Virus record (IMG/VR): IMGVR_UViG_3300030037_000008
Location: 47,072-111,071 of that record
DNA: 64,000 nt
Source: a virus
Lineage: Duplodnaviria; Heunggongvirae; Uroviricota; Caudoviricetes
Strand: one strand, 5' to 3'
In this document: positions 9,865 through 17,995 of the stretch, piece after piece
How positions within the stretch are numbered: position 1 is the stretch's first letter
Layout of the letters: every line of letters begins with the position of its first letter
The notes under the pieces: model-generated
Seen by the model: the letters and a program-made list of their open reading frames with translations, nothing else
What the model was told of the DNA's origin: nothing
The model's database searches: none
Translations under genes and position numbers: made by a program

Positions 9865-10344
9865 TTAGGTATGTCTGCACCAGAAGTAATCTGATTCAGA
9901 AGTGTCAATGTCAATACCTTTGGTATGATATAAAACATCAATAAAGATAGAATCACTATCACCATTCCAGTAGTGTGGAATTACATTATCAAGTTTATGC
10001 CCGTTGTCATCTTCTGTTTCACTATTAGGTCTTAAGTAACCGAAGTGTCCACCATGAAAGAAAGTTTCATCATACTTAACTCCGTCAACATGGACAGTGT
10101 ATTCGTAATCTTCTATACCACCACAACATTCACAATCATATGAATCACGTTTAGTATCAATTTTAATATCAATACCTAACTTTGCTAGTATAGCTTTACC
10201 TACAATTTCTTCTGGATCTTTATCTTCTGCTACTGAGATGTTTTCAATTGTACCATCATCGTATGTAACTTTAAACTCTAGATTTTGAGGCCATTCATCT
10301 AAGTCAATATCCGGGTACTCTCCTTCTACTTTAATCTTTTGCAT
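9865..10344 (-). CDS. hypothetical protein (159 aa, Cys cluster CECCGG)
   Basis: ORF whose stop abuts the next gene start. Confidence 0.45.
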   Translation of the reverse strand: MQKIKVEGEYPDIDLDEWPQNLEFKVTYDDGTIENISVAEDKDPEEIVGKAILAKLGIDIKIDTKRDSYDCECCGGIEDYEYTVHVDGVKYDETFFHGGHFGYLRPNSETEDDNGHKLDNVIPHYWNGDSDSIFIDVLYHTKGIDIDTSESDYFWCRHT

Positions 10345-10586
10345 TAATGTCCCTTTAGTTTCATCATTCGTTTAATACTACTATCGCTAAAGATATGTTT
10401 CAAACAAATACCTGCTTGATCTCTAGGTTGTCCTGTACTCCAATCAATTTTCCATCCACCATGTGCAAGATTCTCGCATATACCAACATACGTACTTCTA
10501 TGATATTTGCCAATAAAATCGTTAGGCATGTCTGATACATTATCAATAGGATCATATAACTCTGTAACTGCTTTTTCAATATCCAT
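10344..10586 (-). CDS. YDPIDN-motif small protein, paralogue 1
   Basis: N-terminal ELYDPIDNVSDMPNDF and a central IDWSTGQPR block shared with 11158..11520. Confidence 0.5.
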   Translation of the reverse strand: MDIEKAVTELYDPIDNVSDMPNDFIGKYHRSTYVGICENLAHGGWKIDWSTGQPRDQAGICLKHIFSDSSIKRMMKLKGH

Positions 10587-10912
10587 TAATTAGTCCTTGC
10601 TCTAATAGCGGGTGCCATGTAATTAAGAACTTGCAATAAACGCGGATATCTAAAATGTACACTAAGCGATTCACCTGTAGAGTAAACAAATGCTTCTTCA
10701 TTTATCCAAGTAATCTGTACTTGATGTTTATCTTTAAACTCTTTAGAAATACGTATGTAATGATGTCCATACACGTTGTTTAATAAATTTTGAGGAATGT
10801 TGCTTATGTTGTCTATACAATCATATAAGCGATTGACACTCTCTAATAACTCTCTATCATCCGAGGACATAAGGACACCTATCAGTAGCAAGACTTGGTA
10901 ATGCTGTGACAT
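10586..10912 (-). CDS. YDPIDN-motif small protein, paralogue 2
   Basis: Contains RLYDCIDNISNIPQNL. Start may be the internal Met, because the track ORF overlaps its neighbour by 56 nt. Confidence 0.45.
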   Translation of the reverse strand: MSQHYQVLLLIGVLMSSDDRELLESVNRLYDCIDNISNIPQNLLNNVYGHHYIRISKEFKDKHQVQITWINEEAFVYSTGESLSVHFRYPRLLQVLNYMAPAIRARTN

Positions 10913-11165
10913 AGTACAAAGGTTTATGAAGTACTTCTATATGAAAGTACTTTGCAAGAGATCCAACACCTGGATCTTTACCTGCTATGTAAGGATGCAT
11001 GCAATCCCAATGAATATCAATTTCATACTTAGTAGCAAACTCTACTGCAACCTTTTTGTATAGAGAATACTTTGCATGAAATTTTAATTCTTCTGGTAAA
11101 TTAGAAACATTATCAATGTCTCCGTACATCTGACTTACCATTTCACGAACACTTTCGCTATTCAT
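10857..11165 (-). CDS. YDPIDN-motif small protein, paralogue 3
   Basis: Contains QMYGDIDNVSNLPEEL. Confidence 0.45.
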   Translation of the reverse strand: MNSESVREMVSQMYGDIDNVSNLPEELKFHAKYSLYKKVAVEFATKYEIDIHWDCMHPYIAGKDPGVGSLAKYFHIEVLHKPLYYVTALPSLATDRCPYVLG

Positions 11166-11520
11166 TATCGTGTCTTCCTATGTTCTCTTCTATAAAAGTA
11201 AAAGTTTCAGGATACATAAAGCAGACTGACATATCAACTCCTGGCATTCCATTCTCACTCTTTGTTCTAGGAGTTCCATCACTCCAATCTATTTCAACTC
11301 CTTGCTCTGCGAACTGTTCTGCTATGCCTCTGATGCCTTTATCAAAAGCTTGGTTGTTTTTGTAATTACTAGGCATTGATGATATGTTATCAATAGGATC
11401 ATATAGCTTTCTTACAGCGTCTTCAACTGAAGTATTATTCGCTGATTTAGTTCTTGTGGCAACTTCTTTCCAAAGTCTATCTACATGATCCTGGAGAAGA
11501 TCCTTTTCAGATTGTGTCAT
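11158..11520 (-). CDS. YDPIDN-motif small protein, paralogue 4
   Basis: Contains KLYDPIDNISSMPSNY and IDWSDGTPR. Confidence 0.5.
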   Translation of the reverse strand: MTQSEKDLLQDHVDRLWKEVATRTKSANNTSVEDAVRKLYDPIDNISSMPSNYKNNQAFDKGIRGIAEQFAEQGVEIDWSDGTPRTKSENGMPGVDMSVCFMYPETFTFIEENIGRHDNE

Positions 11521-11538
11521 ATCATCAATGCCTTTTAA

Positions 11539-11943
11539 TTAGATTGCTGATTCACCAGCAGCGATCAGAGCTTCTTGTGCCATTTGAGCTTTGAGTCTTG
11601 CTTCTTCTTTCTCGCGTTCAATCTGAGTCATGGATGCCCACTTCTCATTCTCGAGATTCTGCATTTTAGCTAATCGTTCAAGGCGCTGAGCATCAGTTAC
11701 AAATTCTCGTTGAGTGCCTTTAGCTGTATTGTGAGTAGTATGACTAAGCCATACTGAGTTGAAACGTTGTAAAGGAAGAGTTTGTACTTTACCAACTAGA
11801 CTTTCCTTAGGATGTTGAATAAATTTGTATGTAGCTTTGCCATTTTCATCCATAGCATTCTCACCAGTAGTTTCGATAACTTCGATAATAGAGTGCCAGT
11901 TTTCAGCTGATCTATACTTTGTTCCAACAATTGCATGTGCCAT
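11539..11943 (-). CDS. hypothetical protein (134 aa)
   Basis: ORF with an upstream promoter-like cassette (11988-12016) and RBS AAAAGGAATAAAGAAT-ATG. Confidence 0.5.
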   Translation of the reverse strand: MAHAIVGTKYRSAENWHSIIEVIETTGENAMDENGKATYKFIQHPKESLVGKVQTLPLQRFNSVWLSHTTHNTAKGTQREFVTDAQRLERLAKMQNLENEKWASMTQIEREKEEARLKAQMAQEALIAAGESAI

Positions 11944-11987
11944 ATTCTTTATTCCTTTTGTGTTTTGTTTAATAAGATGTTAGATCT

Positions 11988-12016
11988 AATATACACGTAC
12001 TTTAAGTATTGTACAA
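11988..12016 (-). promoter_or_regulatory. sigma70-type early promoter (TTGTAC-N17-TATATT), preceded by the shared AAGGATTGTACAAT element
   Basis: -35 is the reverse complement of gtacaa at 12011-12016. -10 is the reverse complement of aatata at 11988-11993. Spacer is 17 nt. Confidence 0.45.
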
Positions 12017-12045
12017 TCCTTTTATAAACTTTTTTACATTTAGTT

Positions 12046-12717
12046 CTACCAATCAACTCTACAACGAATATGTCCATTGTCAATAATCTCTTTCATAGTA
12101 AAGATTATTTGAAACATGTCATTAAAGTCTCCACTTTCATAATCACTTAGATTTTCGAATATATTACTGAAGTCTACTGCTTGGTGTCTATCATAGTTAT
12201 CTGTATAACGTCTGAGTAATTCATATTTTGAATCTACTATCCAGTAATCTTCAAGATCTTCGTCAATAGTTTCACGATACATACGTTCAATAACGTTAAA
12301 CATGTCATTAGGATAAGATTTATCTTCTTTCTTATCAGCACCAACTTGATAATAGCATGGAAGAAAATCATCAAATTCAAATGTTTCTTCAGTGTACGCT
12401 TCATTAATCAAAACGATAGTAAGCTCTTCTTTAGCTTTATCAATTGATATGATCTCATATAGATGATCGTACTTCTGATGAGTCTGTTCATTGACGAAGC
12501 CTTGCTTAGCAAAGAGCTCCCATTCAATGAACTTATCACCTACTGTTAGTGCATCTTTTCGTGATTGCCAGTAGCTATCTGATTCAATTTGTTCAGAGTT
12601 AAGTATGTTATCTAACTTCAATTGTAGTTCATCACCCTTGAACTTAGAGTGACAACATGAGATCATCTCAATACATTCTTTCGTAAGCTCAATTAGCTCT
12701 TCTTCTTTATTACGCAT
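12046..12717 (-). CDS. hypothetical protein (223 aa)
   Basis: ORF with no assignable motif. Confidence 0.5.
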   Translation of the reverse strand: MRNKEEELIELTKECIEMISCCHSKFKGDELQLKLDNILNSEQIESDSYWQSRKDALTVGDKFIEWELFAKQGFVNEQTHQKYDHLYEIISIDKAKEELTIVLINEAYTEETFEFDDFLPCYYQVGADKKEDKSYPNDMFNVIERMYRETIDEDLEDYWIVDSKYELLRRYTDNYDRHQAVDFSNIFENLSDYESGDFNDMFQIIFTMKEIIDNGHIRCRVDW

Positions 12718-12727
12718 TTGTTTTCCT

Positions 12728-13153
12728 TTATTTATGTAGTACCATTGTAGTAGATTCTATTTGAAATCCTAGAGACTTGTAAAAGTTTATTGCAACTAAG
12801 TTGTCTACATGACTTGAAATTTGAGGTAGCATATTATAATTGCTAAGTTGTTCTAGAACATGTAACATTAATTTACGCGCATATCCTTTTCTTCTATAGT
12901 TAGGCATAGTGTAAAGTGATCTTATATAACCGGTCTTGCTGCTCTTAAGAGCAGCAACATCACAGACGCATACTATCTTGTTATCAACTTCTATATACCA
13001 CGTGGTACTCTCAATAGGACTTGCTCCATGCTTAACTATATTAGTGTAATAAATTAATTCAGTCTCTCTTAAATCTTCTTTAAGAGAAGTCAATTGAACA
13101 TCTATTGCGCTATCATTGACTACATCTTTGTTTATTACGTTATGTATTTTCAC
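12728..13153 (-). CDS. GNAT-family N-acetyltransferase
   Basis: Acetyl-CoA-binding motif A YRRKGYARKLMLHVLE, in a ~140-aa protein of typical GNAT size. Confidence 0.55.
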   Translation of the reverse strand: MKIHNVINKDVVNDSAIDVQLTSLKEDLRETELIYYTNIVKHGASPIESTTWYIEVDNKIVCVCDVAALKSSKTGYIRSLYTMPNYRRKGYARKLMLHVLEQLSNYNMLPQISSHVDNLVAINFYKSLGFQIESTTMVLHK

Positions 13154-13207
13154 AGAGAAAAAAGGAGTACTACGCCACCTTCATAATTAGATGCTTCTTT
13201 ATTCATA

Positions 13208-13405
13208 TTACTCTCCTTTCATTGATTGAACTAAAGTTATTTCTTCACCACAGAATTTTTCTGGACATTCAGTATACCACTTATCACCCATGGCAGCCAC
13301 ATCCACATCATTATCATCACATTCTACTTCACAACCACATCCATTACATTTACCATGTAAGTACGTTACTACGCTTTTCTCTACACCACGCTTAGTTATT
13401 TTCAT
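13208..13405 (-). CDS. small Cys-rich zinc-ribbon protein (65 aa)
   Basis: Cys pairs CNGCGCEVEC ... CPEKFCG. Confidence 0.4.
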   Translation of the reverse strand: MKITKRGVEKSVVTYLHGKCNGCGCEVECDDNDVDVAAMGDKWYTECPEKFCGEEITLVQSMKGE

Positions 13406-13838
13406 TTTGTTCTTTCCATTTGTTAGTTACATTTCTAATAAATTCTCTACCGCATTGTGTGCCGAACCATTGTACTACACTTGCCGCAATCAATGCTTCA
13501 TGTTGAGTTGCTAGTTCAGGTTTATCTCCTTCATGAATAATATGTTCTAAAGCAGTGTACCCATTATTTCTCCCAGGAGATCTTTCGTTAAACTTATTCC
13601 ATTCTTCATAGTACAGTTTCTCAAATCCACCTGATGGTCCTAGAGTTCTATCAAACTTTACTCCTTTATGTATAGGTTCGGTCAGATCATCCATGATCTT
13701 GTATGCATTAGCAATTCTACATGAGTTACAATTACCGCATCTTTCTGAATAGGAATCTGTCTCATAGCATTCACCATGATTAGATCTCTCTAAGAGATTT
13801 AGAACATCATGTAACTTATCACGTTGAGAATCATGCAT
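13392..13838 (-). CDS. hypothetical protein (148 aa, Cys cluster CGNCNSC)
   Basis: ORF in an overlapping operon. Confidence 0.45.
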   Translation of the reverse strand: MHDSQRDKLHDVLNLLERSNHGECYETDSYSERCGNCNSCRIANAYKIMDDLTEPIHKGVKFDRTLGPSGGFEKLYYEEWNKFNERSPGRNNGYTALEHIIHEGDKPELATQHEALIAASVVQWFGTQCGREFIRNVTNKWKEQNENN

Positions 13839-14106
13839 CTAACATATCCAGTAAAGATTGAATGTATTCTCTTTTTAGAGTTGTAATACCTGGAGCAACC
13901 AAGTCTCTTGTTAATCTGATTTTAAGAGCTTTAATAATTTCTTTATCAGTGGTTGGCTTTACTTCTTTATCTAATGGAGGGAGTACTACCTTTACATTTG
14001 ATCTAGACGTTAACTGAACAAATACTTCTACTATACATGTTATTAATAGAATAAGTACTACAAACAATATTAATATTGAACATGGATTATTTAACATGGC
14101 TTCCAT
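13831..14106 (-). CDS. small membrane protein (91 aa, one TM helix)
   Basis: N-terminal hydrophobic segment ILILFVVLILLITCIVEVFV. Confidence 0.4.
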   Translation of the reverse strand: MEAMLNNPCSILILFVVLILLITCIVEVFVQLTSRSNVKVVLPPLDKEVKPTTDKEIIKALKIRLTRDLVAPGITTLKREYIQSLLDMLDA

Positions 14107-15050
14107 TAGGCATATCCATTTAAAGTATGAGAGAAAGATTCATAGTTCTGAACACCTCTGCCACCACAGCATTCACAATCTTTAAGAGGTTCATTGACAA
14201 CTTTCAGAATACTTTTTAAGTATACATCAAGTCTATCTTTAAGATCTTTTACATTGGAACCTTCCAGTGGTTCTACAGTGTGGTAGTCTTTGAGATATGT
14301 GGTAATACTAGGTGACTTAATTTTGAAGACACATGGAGTGTCACGTTGAGTTCTGAATGAAGTCGAGAATCTTGGTACTACATAAGGATCACCACCATTT
14401 TTCTTTTCTTCAGCCCAAATTTCTTCAGTTTTAATTTTAACAACTTTCTTAATAGCAATTGAAGATGAATCATCTCTATCAAATATTGCGTATCTAAGAT
14501 CCATGTTGTCACGTAAGAAAGATCTGATAACTTTCATTAGTTGAGCTGGTTTAATTGTACAAGGTTTGTTGTATAACAGAATGTCAGTATTCATTAAAGT
14601 CTGAAAGTCATTCCATGTTACGATGTCAGCAAACTTAAGTTTAACTGAGTGATCAGTCATGTTTGATACCTTTGGATCTAGTTGATATGCATCGTTAATG
14701 GGTTTAGAAAAATCACCAGCAGAAATTCTGCCTAAGCAAATGTCGGTAGCTTTAAGAACATGCCAAATTTGATCATGCATGGATTCTTTATACTCTAGCG
14801 ATTCAATTTTTGAAACACCTTTAATAATCATAAAGTCTTTAGAATTAAAGGTAGCAGTTGTTTCATAATCGTTTAGCACTTTACCGTTGATCTTTAGTGA
14901 CATTCGTTGTGACACAGCATTCATATCTTCATACTTTAAAACTGTTTGACCGGATGTAAAGTTATTTTCATACACGAATTTAGCTACGATCATGTCAGCA
15001 TCTTTAACTTCAAAGTATTGAATACTTTTAATATGTTGTATGTTACCCAT
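14106..15050 (-). CDS. hypothetical protein (314 aa)
   Basis: Long ORF; C-terminus carries CECCGG as in 9865..10344. Confidence 0.5.
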   Translation of the reverse strand: MGNIQHIKSIQYFEVKDADMIVAKFVYENNFTSGQTVLKYEDMNAVSQRMSLKINGKVLNDYETTATFNSKDFMIIKGVSKIESLEYKESMHDQIWHVLKATDICLGRISAGDFSKPINDAYQLDPKVSNMTDHSVKLKFADIVTWNDFQTLMNTDILLYNKPCTIKPAQLMKVIRSFLRDNMDLRYAIFDRDDSSSIAIKKVVKIKTEEIWAEEKKNGGDPYVVPRFSTSFRTQRDTPCVFKIKSPSITTYLKDYHTVEPLEGSNVKDLKDRLDVYLKSILKVVNEPLKDCECCGGRGVQNYESFSHTLNGYA

Positions 15051-15526
15051 TAGTCTTCTCCATAAAGTAAGTGTGAGTTAATTTGAGTTTGCCAATTGAA
15101 ATTGGATGGTAAGTAGATATGACAATAATCAGAGTTAGCTTCAAGCTTTCGGTATTGTTTAAACTTACTGCGTATACATTGTTTAATATCAGCGTGTCCT
15201 TTAATAACTTGAATAGGATCAAACCATTGTTCAGCTTTATCAGGAAAATGTGATACTAAAACTCTATGATCAATTGCCCATCTTAGGGTTTTTTTAGCAT
15301 AGAGATAATCAAAATGTTCAGGGTAATTAATTAAAACAGTATTGATAGTATCTGAATCAACCATCCATTTTGCTGGACCTTTAAACACTAAATCAAAATG
15401 TTTAGCATGAGGTTTAGCCATAAGAAGATAGATCTTATACTTACGCTTGAAAGTCAAAGGATTGAACCATTTATCGATTGAGTCGATATTTGATGCCATC
15501 CAGAATGATGTATAATTTACTTTCAT
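15050..15526 (-). CDS. divergent WFDP-repeat family protein
   Basis: IDKWFNPLTF and AEQWFDPIQV repeats. Ends LLYGED. Confidence 0.5.
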   Translation of the reverse strand: MKVNYTSFWMASNIDSIDKWFNPLTFKRKYKIYLLMAKPHAKHFDLVFKGPAKWMVDSDTINTVLINYPEHFDYLYAKKTLRWAIDHRVLVSHFPDKAEQWFDPIQVIKGHADIKQCIRSKFKQYRKLEANSDYCHIYLPSNFNWQTQINSHLLYGED

Positions 15527-15553
15527 TTATAATAGTCCTTATTTGTTTTATCT

Positions 15554-15582
15554 ATTATAACTCTACTACACACACTGTACAA
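15554..15582 (-). promoter_or_regulatory. early promoter cassette TAAAGTGATTGTACA-N17-TATAAT
   Basis: Reverse complement reads TTGTAC (15577-15582), a 17-nt spacer, then TATAAT (15554-15559). Lies within a ~55-nt near-identical repeat also found at 15906-15968. Confidence 0.55.
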
Positions 15583-15587
15583 TCACT

Positions 15588-15905
15588 TTATAGTTTATTT
15601 TCCCACTTTTGTAATTTAGCAAATGCAATCTCTTTAAAGTCTTTCATAGTGCCACCTCTTTTAAAGAATAGAGAAGCTACTACAATAAACATATCAACTG
15701 CTTCTGAATAAGAAGGCTCATCAAGTTTCTTATAGCCTTTTACTTTACTTCCATCTTCAATACAAACAGCAGTCGAAAACTCGCCAACTTCTTCCATAAG
15801 ATGCATTAGCATAGTGCCAGTATCTTCGTTAGGATCTTCTAACATTTTATCAGTGAGTCTTTCAATTTCTTTGAACATATTTTCTAATTCAATTGTTCCG
15901 GTCAT
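15588..15905 (-). CDS. MazG-like nucleoside triphosphate pyrophosphohydrolase (small all-alpha NTP-PPase)
   Basis: LMEEVGEFSTAV and EAVDMFIVVASL metal-binding E/D motifs with a KLQKW tail, in a 105-aa protein. Confidence 0.55.
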   Translation of the reverse strand: MTGTIELENMFKEIERLTDKMLEDPNEDTGTMLMHLMEEVGEFSTAVCIEDGSKVKGYKKLDEPSYSEAVDMFIVVASLFFKRGGTMKDFKEIAFAKLQKWENKL

Positions 15906-15929
15906 AGTATTTCCTTATTTGTTTTATCT

Positions 15930-15958
15930 ATTATAACTCTGTTATACACACTGTACAA
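15930..15958 (-). promoter_or_regulatory. early promoter cassette (second copy of the 15554 repeat), TTGTAC-N17-TATAAT
   Basis: Sequence ttatttgttttatctattataactct..cacactgtacaatcacttta is duplicated from 15530-15590. Followed by an identical RBS plus the first 5 codons (ATGACCGGAACAAT) shared by 15588..15905 and 15964..16416. Confidence 0.55.
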
Positions 15959-15963
15959 TCACT

Positions 15964-16416
15964 TTAGGAACTAAATTTAGACTTAAGCAATATAGGTGAA
16001 TTCTGTAAGTATATGCGTGAAGCAGCTGAATTCCAATCACCTCTTATACCAGGATAATTAGATCTATGCTCACCGTTCCATGCTACAATAGCGAATAGAT
16101 GGAAGTTAGGACGTGATGCGTAACTAATGAATTCAGTAATGTAATCTTTATTCAAGAGTCTGAGATGCCCGGCTTGGGCAATGTAATCTTCGCCTGATAT
16201 TTCGCACTTATGCCGCTGAATACAAGCTAGCATGTTAGTAGTACGAGTAGGAGGAATCCATTTAGTGAATTCATCTAGATAGCCAAGTAGTTCTTCTTCG
16301 GTACCTAAATGAGTTGCTCCATTTTTAATAGAGTTTCTGTACTGTTCTATACTATTAGTTCTTAGTATGTCAATTGAAAACTTATTAGAATGATTCAATT
16401 TTATTGTTCCGGTCAT
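15964..16416 (-). CDS. hypothetical protein (150 aa)
   Basis: N-terminus MTGTIKL is identical to that of the MazG-like gene, a duplicated 5' end. No clear domain. Confidence 0.45.
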   Translation of the reverse strand: MTGTIKLNHSNKFSIDILRTNSIEQYRNSIKNGATHLGTEEELLGYLDEFTKWIPPTRTTNMLACIQRHKCEISGEDYIAQAGHLRLLNKDYITEFISYASRPNFHLFAIVAWNGEHRSNYPGIRGDWNSAASRIYLQNSPILLKSKFSS

Positions 16417-16425
16417 AGTATTTCC

Positions 16426-16962
16426 TTAGTTGTATAAGTGTTTAGTTATTAGTTCTTGTTTTGAATAAACATCTTTGTATGCTTCTATACCTAGCTGTGC
16501 ATAATAAAGTAATAAATCATCTGAATACCAAAGGTCAATATCTTTGATACAATATTGAAGTAATAAATCTCCATCTTCCTGATCTGCAGAGTTGACATAC
16601 TTCTTTTCTAGAAGTCCAGGAATGAACCAATCTTCTATTCTATCAGGTACTCGTCTTATAACATGTCCCATATAGTTTAAGTTAAACATCATAGGATCCC
16701 ACCAAAGATCAAAGTATTGAGGAAAGTACTTAGGTAGAATGTGAGAGTAACTATGATAGCCAAATTGCTCCTTTGAAAATGTAGTTGGAAACATGTCAGT
16801 TACATATTCTTTGATTACTTTAGATTGTTCAAAGTATATAACTAAGTTTGCTAGTGGCTCAGTCTTGCATTGTTCCAAGTTAGATTCAATACGTTCTATT
16901 TCTTTGTCTACTCTAGCTTGTCTTACTGAGTTGTAGCCTACTGAAAATGATGATGTACTCAT
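16426..16962 (-). CDS. WFDP/WWD-repeat family protein
   Basis: FDLWWDP and IDLWYSDD repeats. C-terminus KQELITKHLYN. Confidence 0.55.
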   Translation of the reverse strand: MSTSSFSVGYNSVRQARVDKEIERIESNLEQCKTEPLANLVIYFEQSKVIKEYVTDMFPTTFSKEQFGYHSYSHILPKYFPQYFDLWWDPMMFNLNYMGHVIRRVPDRIEDWFIPGLLEKKYVNSADQEDGDLLLQYCIKDIDLWYSDDLLLYYAQLGIEAYKDVYSKQELITKHLYN

Positions 16963-17543
16963 GAGTAAAGCCTATCTGTCATATGCCAATTGACAATTTC
17001 TTCTTTAGTCATGTGAATCAGGGCATTGTATTTAGCTCCATCTTCGTTGTCTTTACGTTTTAGTGCGTGACACATTATAAATCTGTTTAGTGATTCAGGT
17101 GAGTACCAAATATCAATTTTATGTAGAGCGTTATCAAGTAACAGATAAAGCATATCACTTTCAATATATCTAATGTCTTTAAGCTTGGATCTATTCCACC
17201 ACTGTTCCATGTGGTCAGAACAATAGATAGTTAGCATTCTGTAATTTGCTTTAAAACAAACTTTACTTGGATCATACCAAATATCAAAGAAACGATTAAA
17301 GTGTATTAGCAAGTTGTTCATATGATTTTCAAAGTTATATGTGTCTTTATGAAGTGCCCACTGTTCTTCAAAGTTTTCATCCCACCATTTTCTAACAACT
17401 TCTGAAGTACTTTGAACTTGTCCTAATACAGAGAATACATTAGTACGTGAATATTGAATTTCAGCGTTTACTTTATCATATCTTCTGAGATAATCTTCTG
17501 TGAAGTCTTCGTATGATTGTTCTTGTTTTAAATTTTCATCCAT
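16959..17543 (-). CDS. WFDP/WWD-repeat family protein
   Basis: Repeats WWDENFEEQW, FDIWYDPSK, WWNRSK and IDIWYSPES. Ends RLYS. Confidence 0.55.
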   Translation of the reverse strand: MDENLKQEQSYEDFTEDYLRRYDKVNAEIQYSRTNVFSVLGQVQSTSEVVRKWWDENFEEQWALHKDTYNFENHMNNLLIHFNRFFDIWYDPSKVCFKANYRMLTIYCSDHMEQWWNRSKLKDIRYIESDMLYLLLDNALHKIDIWYSPESLNRFIMCHALKRKDNEDGAKYNALIHMTKEEIVNWHMTDRLYS

Positions 17544-17545
17544 AG

Positions 17546-17770
17546 CTATTCCTTATATTTTACCATTGCTTGATAAAAAGAGCTACAGTTATATCCGCTT
17601 GAATTAGTTCCTTGTAATACACCAAGAACTCCAAGTAGTTCATATCCACGTGCTGAAAGTTTAACAATTTGTTCAGGTATGCTTTGATGCATATTGGCTT
17701 GTACTATTTTGTAATCAAGTAATTCTTTCATAAAAAATCCTATTGCTGTTATCTTTATAATAACAAACAA
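17546..17770 (-). CDS. hypothetical small protein (74 aa)
   Basis: ORF only. Confidence 0.3.
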   Translation of the reverse strand: MFVIIKITAIGFFMKELLDYKIVQANMHQSIPEQIVKLSARGYELLGVLGVLQGTNSSGYNCSSFYQAMVKYKE

Positions 17771-17791
17771 TAGGATTATGTAAACCTCTAT

Positions 17792-17995
17792 TTAGTAAAT
17801 ACTGTGCATAAATGTTGATAAATAGTTTAATTGAGTTGGAGCTAATGTAATATCAGATCCATCAAAGTTTAAGTATTTACAATTTATATCTTCTACAACT
17901 GTACCTACTAGAACTTCTGACTTATCGTAGCTAATAAAGTATACTTTATCTTGCACGAGTTTGAATAACGGTGGTGCTTCTTTCTTTTTACTCAT
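17792..17995 (-). CDS. hypothetical small protein (67 aa)
   Basis: ORF only; stop overlaps the methyltransferase start (ATGA). Confidence 0.35.
   Translation of the reverse strand: MSKKKEAPPLFKLVQDKVYFISYDKSEVLVGTVVEDINCKYLNFDGSDITLAPTQLNYLSTFMHSIY

Noticed and set aside
9865-15050. Shared CECCGG hexapeptide in 9865..10344 and 14106..15050, as evidence of homology or a metal site
   Set aside because: Only the six residues match, and the surrounding sequence is unrelated. Likely coincidence or a tiny independent Cys cluster.
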